Shown: in pieces, positions 1 through 8,512 of the stretch
Layout: each line of letters opens with the position of its first letter
Position numbering within the stretch: the stretch's first letter is position 1
Origin: an uncultured Anaerolineales bacterium
Lineage (GTDB): Bacteria; Chloroflexota; Anaerolineae; CG2-30-64-16
Reading direction: 5' to 3'
Length of the DNA: 64,000 nt
NCBI GenBank assembly: GCA_964614645.1
Contig: CAZTMA010000005.1
Location: 9,450-73,449, forward strand
Notes under the pieces: generated by a model
Databases searched by the model: none
What the model saw: only the letters and a program-made list of their open reading frames with translations
Told to the model about the DNA's origin: nothing
Position numbers and translations under genes: made by a program

Positions 1-2661
1 GGCCTCCTGACCGAGAACGTCGGCCTGGATAGCTGGGAGCTGGCGACCATCCTGCTCCCCTCCCTGCCGGGCTACAGTCTTGCTGCGCTGGCGGAGCGGT
101 TCGACATCCGCTCGCCCAGCCAGCACCGCGCGCTGGACGACGCGCGCGCGACGGGCAAGCTCTTTGCGCTGCTTTGCGACGAAGCCGCGCGGCTGCCCCA
201 GGCCGTACTACTCGAGATCAACCGGCTGACCGCGGGCAGTGACTGGCCGCCGGCCGTGGTGTTTGGTGAGGCGCTGACCACGCTGGGCATCCTGCGCGTG
301 CCGCGCGAGGAGATCCCCCTGCCGGAGATCGCCCCGGCCAGCCCGCTCTATCAGCCCTGGCGGATGCCGGAGCCACTCACCGCCGCCGAGACGCCTGAGC
401 CAGTGGATGTGGATGAACTGGCCGACATCCTGCAGCCGGGCGGCGCGCTGAGCCAGGCGTTCCCCGGCTACGAGTACCGCCCGCCCCAGGTCGAGATGAT
501 GCAGGCCGTGGCCGAAGCGTTTAACCAGGGCCATCACCTGCTGGCGGAAGCAGGCACCGGCACGGGCAAGTCGCTCGCCTACCTGCTGCCCGCGCTGGCC
601 TTTGCGGTCAGGAACAACGAGCGGGTGGTCATCAGCACCAACACCATCAACCTGCAGGACCAGCTCTTCAAGAAGGACTTGCCCGACCTGCAGCGCGTGG
701 TGGCCCGCAACCTAAGCGACGAGCCCACGGGCATCCCCTTCCCGCGCTTCGACCCGAATCGCGAGGGCTTCCGTGCGGTCCTGCTGAAGGGACGCAGCAA
801 CTACCTCTGCCCGCGGCGCTTCAGCGCGCTCAAAGCGCGGCCCAACCTGTCGCACGACGAGCTGCGCGGCATTACGCGCATCCTGGCCTGGCTGCCGCGC
901 ACGAAGACCGGCGACCAAAGCGAACTTTCGCTGCCACTGCCGTCGGACCGCTTCGTGTGGAGCCAGGTCTCCGCGGAGAACGAGGGCTGCAGCCTCACGC
1001 GCTGCCAGAGCGAAATGAACGGCCGCTGCTTTTTCTACCGCGTGCGTAAGGCAGCCGAGGCCGCGCATGTCATCGTAGTCAACCATGCCCTGCTGATGGC
1101 CGACATCGCGACAGAAAACCGCGTCCTGCCGGAGTACCGCCGGCTCATCGTGGACGAGGCGCACCACCTGGAGGACGCGGTCACCGACCAGCTCAGCTTC
1201 AAGGTCGACGCGTTCGCGATGCGCCAGTTGTTCTATGTCCTCTACAGCCAGCCGAGCACGACCGCCGTAGCCCGGGCGAGCGGCAGCCGCATGCGCACCG
1301 GTGGCCGCGCTGCGCCGGTGGCTGCATCGGCCACTGCGCGTGCCAGCGGACTGCTGCCGGAGCTGCTGACGCTGTTGCGCGCCAGCCTGACTGACGCGGA
1401 CTTCAGCCGCTTCCGCGAGCCGATCATCCGCCTGCACGGCGATGTCGAGGCGGTCTACGCGCGGCTGGACAATTTCTGGGAAGTGCTCGACGATTTCGTA
1501 CAGGAGATGGTCCCACGCGGGCAGACCAACGAATATGACCTGCGGCTGCGCGTCACGCCGGCCACCCGCAGCCAACCGCTGTGGGTCGATATCGAGGTCG
1601 CGTGGGACAACCTCGGCATCGTCTGGAGCACGCTTATCAAGCACCTGGAAGACTTGAAGGAGGACCTGGCCCGGCCCGCAGCCAATCGTGAAGACCTGGC
1701 CTCGCTGCACGAGGAGTTTTCCGGCGCCATCCTGCAGCTCACAGAGACGCACGCCCAGATGGAAACCTGGGTGATGAAGCCCGATGCGGGCAGCGTCTAC
1801 TGGATGGAGGTCAGCACGGGCGAGCGGCAAGGCAAGCGCGTTACGCTGCGCTCCGCGCCGCTGCACGTGGGGCCGCTCGTCCAGGATCACATCCTGTTCA
1901 AGAATGAGACGGTGGTGCTCACTTCGGCCACGCTGCGCACCGCAGGCACGTTCGATTACCTGCGCGACCGGCTGTCTGCCCACGACGCGGACACAGCTAC
2001 GGTCGGCTCGCCGTTCGACTACAAGGCCTGCACCCTGCTCTACCTGCCCGCCGACCTGCCGGAGCCGAACGCGCCCGGCTACCAGACTGCGGTCGAGCAG
2101 ACCTTGATCGGGCTGGCGAAGGCGCTCGACGGGCGGACCCTGGCGCTATTCACCTCATACGCGCAGCTCAGGCGCACCGCGCAGGCCATCATGCCCGCGC
2201 TCACGCAGGCGGGCATCACCGTGCTGAGCCAAGCCAGCGGCGGCTCGCGTCACCAGATGCTCGAAACCTTCAAGGCCAACGATCGGACCGTGCTCCTCGG
2301 CACGCGCAGTTTCTGGGAAGGCGTGGACGTGGTCGGCTCCGCACTCAGCGCGCTGGTGCTGGTGCGCCTGCCATTCGCGGTGCCGACCGACCCCATCGTG
2401 GCCGCGCGCAGCGAGACCTTCGACGATCCGTTCTACAACTACCAGGTGCCGGAGGCCATCCTGCGCTTCCGCCAGGGCTTTGGCCGCCTCATCCGCAGCA
2501 AGACCGACCGCGGGGTCGTGGTCGTCCTCGACAAGCGCCTGACCTCCAAAAGCTATGGTCACCTGTTCCTGGACTCGCTGCCCGAGTGCACCGTGCACAA
2601 GGGCCCGCTGATGAACCTGCCCGCCGCCGCGAAGGCGTGGGTGGACGACGCGACGGGGTGA
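1..2661 (+). CDS. dinG: DinG-family ATP-dependent helicase with an N-terminal DnaQ-like 3'-5' exonuclease domain. It is 5'-partial: the ORF is open from the window edge.
   Basis: Frame 1 is open from nt 1. The exonuclease III motif H-x4-D (HRALDDARATG) sits near nt 120. Walker A (GTGKS), DEAH-box (VDEAHHLED) and helicase C-terminal motifs follow. The stop is at 2659-2661. Confidence 0.8.
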   Translation, partial: GLLTENVGLDSWELATILLPSLPGYSLAALAERFDIRSPSQHRALDDARATGKLFALLCDEAARLPQAVLLEINRLTAGSDWPPAVVFGEALTTLGILRVPREEIPLPEIAPASPLYQPWRMPEPLTAAETPEPVDVDELADILQPGGALSQAFPGYEYRPPQVEMMQAVAEAFNQGHHLLAEAGTGTGKSLAYLLPALAFAVRNNERVVISTNTINLQDQLFKKDLPDLQRVVARNLSDEPTGIPFPRFDPNREGFRAVLLKGRSNYLCPRRFSALKARPNLSHDELRGITRILAWLPRTKTGDQSELSLPLPSDRFVWSQVSAENEGCSLTRCQSEMNGRCFFYRVRKAAEAAHVIVVNHALLMADIATENRVLPEYRRLIVDEAHHLEDAVTDQLSFKVDAFAMRQLFYVLYSQPSTTAVARASGSRMRTGGRAAPVAASATARASGLLPELLTLLRASLTDADFSRFREPIIRLHGDVEAVYARLDNFWEVLDDFVQEMVPRGQTNEYDLRLRVTPATRSQPLWVDIEVAWDNLGIVWSTLIKHLEDLKEDLARPAANREDLASLHEEFSGAILQLTETHAQMETWVMKPDAGSVYWMEVSTGERQGKRVTLRSAPLHVGPLVQDHILFKNETVVLTSATLRTAGTFDYLRDRLSAHDADTATVGSPFDYKACTLLYLPADLPEPNAPGYQTAVEQTLIGLAKALDGRTLALFTSYAQLRRTAQAIMPALTQAGITVLSQASGGSRHQMLETFKANDRTVLLGTRSFWEGVDVVGSALSALVLVRLPFAVPTDPIVAARSETFDDPFYNYQVPEAILRFRQGFGRLIRSKTDRGVVVVLDKRLTSKSYGHLFLDSLPECTVHKGPLMNLPAAAKAWVDDATG

Positions 2662-2704
2662 ACGGGTGACAAGGTGAAGAGGTGAACAGGAGAACAGGTG
2701 AGGA

Positions 2705-2726
2705 GTTCGCATCCTCAGATGCGAAC
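2705..2726 (+). terminator. Small palindromic hairpin GTTCGCATC-CTCA-GATGCGAAC downstream of dinG. A related copy sits at 16949-16966.
   Basis: Perfect 9-bp stem with a 4-nt loop. There is no clear T-run, so terminator function is uncertain. Confidence 0.3.
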
Positions 2727-2761
2727 AGCCTCCACGGATTCCTGCCCATCGCCCATCATAT

Positions 2762-2790
2762 TTGACACAACCCCCCGGCATCGCTAAAAT
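2762..2790 (+). promoter_or_regulatory. Sigma70-like promoter upstream of efp.
   Basis: -35 TTGACA (2762-2767), 17-bp spacer, -10 TAAAAT (2785-2790). Confidence 0.4.
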
Positions 2791-2801
2791 AAACGTTCGC
2801 A

Positions 2802-2833
2802 ACCTCCGAGGCTCCGTTGGCTCGGAGGTTTTG
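2802..2833 (+). terminator. Hairpin ACCTCCGAG...CTCGGAGGT followed by TTTT, lying in the efp leader. It could be an attenuator or a read-through terminator for dinG.
   Basis: 9-bp perfect stem, 10-nt loop, T4 run. Confidence 0.35.
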
Positions 2834-2915
2834 CCGCAATCTTTCGCACAGGTGGGATGCACTCCAGACGACGAAGCGTCAGTGGCTCCCGCCTCAGCCA
2901 GGAGCAGTTAGAGCC

Positions 2916-3473
2916 ATGATCGGCGTTCAGGATCTACGCAAGGGAACCACTTATACCGAAGACAACGAACTCTTTCGAGTGCTTGAGTACTCGCACATCA
3001 AGTCGGGCCGCGGCAATGCAACGATCCGCGTGAAGGTGCGCAATGTACGCTCAGGCTCCACGATGGAAAAGACCTACCCCTCCGGCGGCCGCGTGCAGGA
3101 TGTTCGGCTGGATCACGCCGAGGTGCAGTATCTCTATCACGAAGGCGACCTGTACACCTTCATGAACATGGAGACCTACGAGCAGCCGGTGTTGCACGCA
3201 AACATGCTGGGTGACGCCGTCAACTTCCTGGTGGATAACATGGTTGCCCAACTCGAAAGCTACGAGGGCGAGAATATCAGCATCGAGTTGCCGACGACCG
3301 TGGACCTCGAAGTCGTCCAGACCGACCCCGGCTTTGCAGGGGATACGGCTACGAACGCGACGAAACCGGCCCGCGTCGCGACCGGCTACCAGGTTAACGT
3401 CCCGCTGTTCGTCAACATCGGAGACAAGGTGCGGATTGACACCCGCACGGGCGAGTATCTGACTCGGGTCTAG
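2916..3473 (+). CDS. efp: Elongation factor P.
   Basis: 186 aa, MIGVQDLRKGTTY...VPLFVNIGDKVRIDTRTGEYLTRV. The RBS GGAGCAG lies about 9 nt upstream of the ATG. Frame check: 2817 and 2916 are both ≡ 0 mod 3, so this is the same ORF as the 2817 track entry. Confidence 0.9.
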   Translation: MIGVQDLRKGTTYTEDNELFRVLEYSHIKSGRGNATIRVKVRNVRSGSTMEKTYPSGGRVQDVRLDHAEVQYLYHEGDLYTFMNMETYEQPVLHANMLGDAVNFLVDNMVAQLESYEGENISIELPTTVDLEVVQTDPGFAGDTATNATKPARVATGYQVNVPLFVNIGDKVRIDTRTGEYLTRV

Positions 3474-3542
3474 CCGGATTTTGCGCACAACACCAATCTG
3501 GATATAATCATTGTGGTCGGTGCTGCATCAGCCCGGCTGCGT

Positions 3543-3618
3543 GCCACCCTAGCTCAATCGGCAGAGCAAGCGCTTCGTAAGCGCTAGGTTAACGGTTCAA
3601 TTCCGTTGGGTGGCTCCA
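3543..3618 (+). tRNA. tRNA-Thr, anticodon CGU, with an encoded CCA end.
   Basis: Cloverleaf reads: acceptor GCCACCC/GGGTGGC, D-arm GCTC..GAGC, anticodon stem AGCGC/GCGCT with loop TTCGTAA, T-arm AACGG-TTCAATT-CCGTT, discriminator T, then CCA. Confidence 0.85.
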
Positions 3619-3701
3619 TGTGACGGCCCTGACCCGCCCGTCCGCCCCGGCCTTGCCGGTCGTGCGAGGGGGGTCGGGGTCTCTTGTTTTTCCGAGCCAC
3701 T

Positions 3702-5105
3702 ATGTCCTTGAATTCAGCGCCAGCCCGCCGGCTCAACCGTGCTCTGGACAGCCTGTGGTATCTTGCCAGCGCGCCGCAGACCCTGGCGTTGCTGTCGGCG
3801 CTATTGGCTGCAACGCTCGCGTTCGCAGCCAGCGTCTCGCAGATGCCGCGCGGCCTGGATGCGAATGCAGAGGAACGGTGGCTGGCCTCGGTTCTGCCCC
3901 GCTTCGGCCAGTTCAGTCCATTCCTGCGTGCCATCGGCGCCTTCAATGTCCTTGAGGGCGTGTTTGTTCACGCACTCCTGGCTGCACTGGCGTTCGTTCT
4001 GACCCTGCGGCTCGCGGCTCAGGTGCGCTTTGCCGTCCGCCTGCAGCAGCAAACGGCCATTCCGCTTGCGCCAATCGGGTTGCCGGTCGCGCAGGCGGAC
4101 GCGCGCGGCGCGCTGGCCGACGTCGCACCCCGCATCATTGCCGCCTGTCGCACCATCTTCCCTGTGACCCGAGTCACCGAGGAGGAAGGGCATGTACAGG
4201 TCTATGCCGAACGACGGCGTGTCGGGGCCTGGGCCCCTGCCGCGACCTACCTCGGCGCGCTGCTATTGCTGGCTGGATTGTGGGTAGACAGCCTGCTGGG
4301 TTGGGGTGCACCTACGTCCGTGATCCTGGCGCCGGGCGCCAGCGCCGCCGTCGGCGCAGGCGACACGCTCACCCTGACCCTGACAGATGTTGCGGACGCA
4401 CCCAGCCGTTCGACGGTGCTTCTGGCACGCGCAGGACTGGAGACCACCGCCCGCGCGGGGTTCGCGTGGCCGGGCCGCTGGCGTAACGTCTGGCTGGCGC
4501 AACGCGCGACCGGCCCCGCGCTGGTTGTGAGCGCGCAAGACCGCGCCGGCAGGTTGCTGCCATTGCAATCGCTGGCCGCCGACGGCGAGGTCGGCGAGAC
4601 CCTCCAACTCCTGTTCAGCGAGACGCAAAACGAGCAAGCCTTCGCGATTCCGACCCTCAACCTGACGCTGCGAGCCATCTACTATCCTGCGCTGCCCGAC
4701 CGCGGCATCACCGCGCCGGTCTACCAGGTCGAAGCCTACCGCGAGGACGAAGCCGCGCCGCTTGCCAGCGCCCTCATTGAGGATGAGGCCGAGGTCCCGC
4801 TGGACAGCGTCACTTTGAACCTGGCCGCAGAGCGTTACGTCGAGCTGGCCGTCGCTTATTTGCCCGGCCTGGCCCTGGTCGCCCTGGGCGGGGTCCTGCT
4901 GCTGGCCGGGGCCATGCTGTCCGCGTGCTGTGGACCCTTGCGCATGTGGGTGGACCTGACCACGAGCGCGGACGGTGCGCGCGTTGTAGTGCGGCAGGCG
5001 CTGCCGTTCTTCCCCCGCCGCGAAGCAGCACAGCTACTCAAACATGCAGCCGCGCCGGTCGCGCTGCCGGCCTCGCCGCCCGACGAGTTGCCGCATGACG
5101 CCTGA
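3702..5105 (+). CDS. Membrane protein with ResB/Ccs1-like architecture: N-terminal transmembrane helices, a large extracytoplasmic domain, and a C-terminal transmembrane helix. The family assignment is tentative.
   Basis: The N-terminal region resembles the ResB start. The middle ~250 aa is hydrophilic and the C-terminus carries one more helix. The ATG at 3702 is in frame with the TTG at 3684. Confidence 0.35.
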   Translation: MSLNSAPARRLNRALDSLWYLASAPQTLALLSALLAATLAFAASVSQMPRGLDANAEERWLASVLPRFGQFSPFLRAIGAFNVLEGVFVHALLAALAFVLTLRLAAQVRFAVRLQQQTAIPLAPIGLPVAQADARGALADVAPRIIAACRTIFPVTRVTEEEGHVQVYAERRRVGAWAPAATYLGALLLLAGLWVDSLLGWGAPTSVILAPGASAAVGAGDTLTLTLTDVADAPSRSTVLLARAGLETTARAGFAWPGRWRNVWLAQRATGPALVVSAQDRAGRLLPLQSLAADGEVGETLQLLFSETQNEQAFAIPTLNLTLRAIYYPALPDRGITAPVYQVEAYREDEAAPLASALIEDEAEVPLDSVTLNLAAERYVELAVAYLPGLALVALGGVLLLAGAMLSACCGPLRMWVDLTTSADGARVVVRQALPFFPRREAAQLLKHAAAPVALPASPPDELPHDA

Positions 5106-5910
5106 GCGTATGCTCTGGCTGCTCGCCGCCCTCGTCGCGCTGGCGGGGAGCCTGCTCACGCGCTGGCCGCACGGCCTGCGCCGCCGGGATCAGTGGGTGC
5201 AGGCGGCTACCGGTCTCGCCGGGGCCATCCTGGTGATAGGCCTGCTCTGGCACAGCAGCTCGGCTGCGACCTGGCCCGGCGCGACGCTGGAGGAACGGCT
5301 AGCCCTGCTGGGAATGGGAGCACTGGTCACGTTTACCTGGTGGAGCGTCCATGCCCTGCGACACGGCGAGCCGGCGACCCATCGCGGCGCCGCGGCACTG
5401 CTGGCCGCCGCAGCCGTACTGGCTGCTGCAGCGGCCCTGGTTGCTGTGCCAGCGCCGGTTGAGGCGGGACCGTGGGGCGGGATCGCTTGGCTGCCTCGCC
5501 TGCAGCAGGTCGTGGCGGGAGTGGGCCTCGGCGGGCTGCTCGCAGCGTTTGCGCTGTCTGCTGCGCGGCGCGCGCCGGTCATGCCGAGCGGAGCAGAGCT
5601 ACCGCCGGGCCTCAATGCGGTGCGTATCCCTGCCCTCGATGCCGGCCGAGGCGCGGCGCTTTTCGGCTATCCCTGGCTGACCGCTGCTGCCCTGCTCACG
5701 GCAGGGTGGAATCTGGCTGCCTATGCAACCCTCTGGCGCGGGGCGCCGGGCGAGCTATGGCTGCTGGCAGCGTGGCTGCTGGCCGGGGCCTACCTGCATC
5801 TGACATCGAGTTGGCGTCCGCTAAATTTGCCGGCCTGGCTGCCGACGCTGGTGGCTGCGCTGGCTTTTGCCGCCGCGTTTGCCGCCACCATCACGGGCGG
5901 CGGCGCGTGA
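5095..5910 (+). CDS. Polytopic membrane protein of unknown function. It is translationally coupled to the upstream gene through an ATGACGCCTGA overlap.
   Basis: About 8 hydrophobic segments. The CcsA tryptophan-rich WWD motif is absent. Confidence 0.45.
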   Translation: MTPERMLWLLAALVALAGSLLTRWPHGLRRRDQWVQAATGLAGAILVIGLLWHSSSAATWPGATLEERLALLGMGALVTFTWWSVHALRHGEPATHRGAAALLAAAAVLAAAAALVAVPAPVEAGPWGGIAWLPRLQQVVAGVGLGGLLAAFALSAARRAPVMPSGAELPPGLNAVRIPALDAGRGAALFGYPWLTAAALLTAGWNLAAYATLWRGAPGELWLLAAWLLAGAYLHLTSSWRPLNLPAWLPTLVAALAFAAAFAATITGGGA

Positions 5911-5944
5911 GCCTGCTCCTGCATCCGTTGCGTAGCGAGGTGAC

Positions 5945-6622
5945 ATGAAACCCATCATCATCGGTGTGGCCGGGGGCACCGGCTCGGGCAAAACCACCGT
6001 GGCTCTGAAGATTCTGGAGCGGGTGGGCTTCGATCGCGTTGCATATGTGCCCCACGATGCCTATTATCGCGATGCCAGCCACCTGCCACCGACAGAACGT
6101 GCCCAACTCAACTTCGACCATCCGGACTCGCTGGACAACGACCTGATGGCCGAACATATGCGGCACCTGCGCGCGGGCCAGGCAGTCGAGATTCCGACCT
6201 ATGACTTCAAGACGCATTCGCGGCTGGCAGAGACGCGCCGCGTAGAGCCGCAGCCGATCATATTGGTCGAGGGCATCCTCATCTTCGCGGACCGGCAACT
6301 GCGCGACCTGATGGACATGAAGATATTCGTGGACACGGACGCCGACCTGCGGCTCATCCGCCGGCTGCAGCGCGACATCACAGAGCGTGGCCGCTCATTC
6401 GAGTCGGTAGTCAACCAGTACCTGAATACGGTCCGGCCCATGCACCTCGAGTTCGTCGAGCCGAGCAAACGGTATGCCGACGTGATCATACCGGAAGGTG
6501 GACATAACGAAGTCGCGATTGACATGGTGGCAGCCCGGCTGAGGTCTCTGGTTGCGGATGCAAGCACAGACGCAGATACGGCCGCACATGCAGATGCGGT
6601 CGCATCTGTGAATGCAGAATGA
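5945..6622 (+). CDS. udk: Uridine kinase.
   Basis: P-loop GVAGGTGSGKTT and uridine-kinase core motifs. It is about 15 aa longer at the C-terminus than typical. Confidence 0.85.
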   Translation: MKPIIIGVAGGTGSGKTTVALKILERVGFDRVAYVPHDAYYRDASHLPPTERAQLNFDHPDSLDNDLMAEHMRHLRAGQAVEIPTYDFKTHSRLAETRRVEPQPIILVEGILIFADRQLRDLMDMKIFVDTDADLRLIRRLQRDITERGRSFESVVNQYLNTVRPMHLEFVEPSKRYADVIIPEGGHNEVAIDMVAARLRSLVADASTDADTAAHADAVASVNAE

Positions 6623-6632
6623 GAGAACTACG

Positions 6633-7244
6633 ATGAGCGAGCGTCCCTACTCCGTGCACCCCAGCGCATACGTCGATGAGCCGAGCATTATCGGCGCAGG
6701 GACACGCATCTGGCATTTCTGTCACGTCATGGCCGGCGCCGTCATCGGTGAGCGGTGCGTGCTGGGCCAGAACGTCTTCGTCGCCAACGGCGTCACGGTG
6801 GGCCGCAACGTCAAGATCCAGAACAATGTCTCGCTCTACACGGGTGTAGAGCTGGAGGACGATGTCTTCTGCGGCCCGTCGTGCGTCTTCACCAACGTCA
6901 TCAATCCCCGCTCGCAGATCGTCCGCCACAGCGAGTACCAGCGAACGCTCGTCCGCCGCGGCGCGACCATCGGCGCCAACGCCACCATCGTCTGCGGCGC
7001 AACTATCGGCCGCTATGCGTTTATCGGCGCGGGCGCCGTCGTGCGGGGCGATGTGCCAGACTATGCGCTGATGCTCGGCGTGCCCGCGCGGCGTCGCGGC
7101 TGGATGAGCCGCCACGGTCACCGTCTGCCCGCACCTGACGCCGGCGGTCTCATGGTCTGCCCGGAGAGCGGCTGGCATTACCGCGAAGTCGAGCCGGGCG
7201 TCCTCCGCTGCCTGGACTGGCCGGAGGAACGCGCTTTAGAATGA
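6633..7244 (+). CDS. Left-handed beta-helix N-acetyltransferase, WbpD/WlbB-like.
   Basis: Hexapeptide repeats. The IWHFCHVM motif is typical of WlbB/WbpD. Confidence 0.7.
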   Translation: MSERPYSVHPSAYVDEPSIIGAGTRIWHFCHVMAGAVIGERCVLGQNVFVANGVTVGRNVKIQNNVSLYTGVELEDDVFCGPSCVFTNVINPRSQIVRHSEYQRTLVRRGATIGANATIVCGATIGRYAFIGAGAVVRGDVPDYALMLGVPARRRGWMSRHGHRLPAPDAGGLMVCPESGWHYREVEPGVLRCLDWPEERALE

Positions 7245-7343
7245 GTTGCAGGTTGCAGGTTATGAGGTTGAAGGTTTGCCGTGTTGGGTTCAAGCCGCTT
7301 GTGGAGCCTCAAACCTGCAACCTGTGACCTGCAAACCTGTAAC
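7245..7343. repeat. Intergenic inverted repeat built from heptamer units: a GGTTGCA/GGTTGAA arm and an AACCTGC/AACCTGT arm.
   Basis: Left arm 7245-7276, right arm 7311-7343. The arms are imperfectly complementary and lie between the acetyltransferase stop and the aminotransferase start. Confidence 0.8.
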
Positions 7344-7367
7344 CGCAATGAAAGGACAACCCGCTAA

Positions 7368-8486
7368 ATGCCTTACACGCAGCCCATCCCTTTGTTGGAT
7401 CTGAAGGCGCAGTATGCGCCGATTCGTGAGGAGATTCGCGCAGCCATCGACCGCGTGGCCGACGCGCAGTATTTCATCGGCGGCCCCGAAGTAGAAGGGC
7501 TGGAGCGCGAGATTGCGGCCTATTCGAGCGCCGCCTACGGCATCGGCGTCACGTCGGGCACCGACGCGCTCATCGTCGCGCTGATGGCCCTCGACATCGA
7601 GCCGGGCGACGAGGTCATCACCACGCCCTATACCTTCTTTGCGACGGGCGGCTGCATCCACCGGCTCGGCGCGGTGCCGGTGTTTGTCGATATCGATCCG
7701 GCCAGCTACAACATCGAACCGGCGCTTATCGAGGCAGCCATCACCAGCCGCACGTGCGCCATCATGCCCGTTCACCTGTACGGCCAGATGGCCGACATGG
7801 ACGCGATCATGGACATCGCCGCGCGCCATAATCTCCACGTGATCGAGGATGCCGCACAGGCCATCGGCGCAGAGTACCAGGGTCGTCGCGCTGGCTCCAT
7901 CGGACACTTCGGCTGCTTCAGCTTCTTCCCATCGAAGAACCTGGGGGGGTTCGGGGATGGCGGCATGGTCACCGCGCAGGATGAGAAGCTGGCCCACAAC
8001 GCGCGGCTGCTGCGCAACCACGGCGCGGAGCCGAAGTACTATCACAAGGTCGTCGGCGGCAACTTCCGCCTCGATGCTCTCCAGGCCGCGGTGCTGCGCA
8101 TCAAGCTCACCTATTTGGACGGCTGGACCGCGGGCCGCCAGCGCAACGCGGCGCGCTATCGCGCCCTGTTTGCCGAGCGCAAGCTGGCGGACATCGTGCT
8201 GCCGACGGAACTGCCGGAGCGCCGCCACATCTACAACCAGTTTGTCATCCGCACCACGCGCCGCGACGCGGTCATGGCCGAGCTGAAGGCGCGCAAGATC
8301 GGGCACGAGATTTACTACCCGGTTCCGCTGCATCTCCAGGAATGCTTTGGCGGGCTCGGCTACCGCGCGGGCAGCCTGCCGGAGAGCGAGCGGGCCGCGA
8401 ACGAGACGCTGGCGCTGCCTATCTACCCGGAGCTGACCGAGGAGATGCAGGCTGCAATTGTGGATGCGGTCGCCGCGGCGTATTGA
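7368..8486 (+). CDS. PLP-dependent nucleotide-sugar aminotransferase of the DegT/DnrJ/EryC1 family, WbpE-like.
   Basis: Family-typical N-terminus and sequence throughout. 372 aa. Confidence 0.85.
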   Translation: MPYTQPIPLLDLKAQYAPIREEIRAAIDRVADAQYFIGGPEVEGLEREIAAYSSAAYGIGVTSGTDALIVALMALDIEPGDEVITTPYTFFATGGCIHRLGAVPVFVDIDPASYNIEPALIEAAITSRTCAIMPVHLYGQMADMDAIMDIAARHNLHVIEDAAQAIGAEYQGRRAGSIGHFGCFSFFPSKNLGGFGDGGMVTAQDEKLAHNARLLRNHGAEPKYYHKVVGGNFRLDALQAAVLRIKLTYLDGWTAGRQRNAARYRALFAERKLADIVLPTELPERRHIYNQFVIRTTRRDAVMAELKARKIGHEIYYPVPLHLQECFGGLGYRAGSLPESERAANETLALPIYPELTEEMQAAIVDAVAAAY

Positions 8487-8512
8487 GAAACTCGCATGGA
8501 CCGAACCTGCCC

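Noticed and set aside
712-1983. 423-aa minus-strand ORF overlapping dinG. Other long antisense ORFs of the same kind: 7290-8333, 17297-18304, 29631-31103, 31490-32896, 62532-63800, and plus-strand ORFs 26644-28020 and 17242-18273.
   Set aside because: These are shadow ORFs expected at about 66% GC. They are Arg/Ala/Gly/Pro-rich low-complexity translations with no motifs. Each lies opposite a strongly supported gene.
3640-3700. GC-rich hairpin plus TCTCTTGTTTTT after tRNA-Thr, considered as an intrinsic terminator.
   Set aside because: The stem needs a G-U pair and a 19-nt loop. The downstream gene's start codon follows within about 10 nt, leaving no room for a promoter. Kept only as a low-confidence note.
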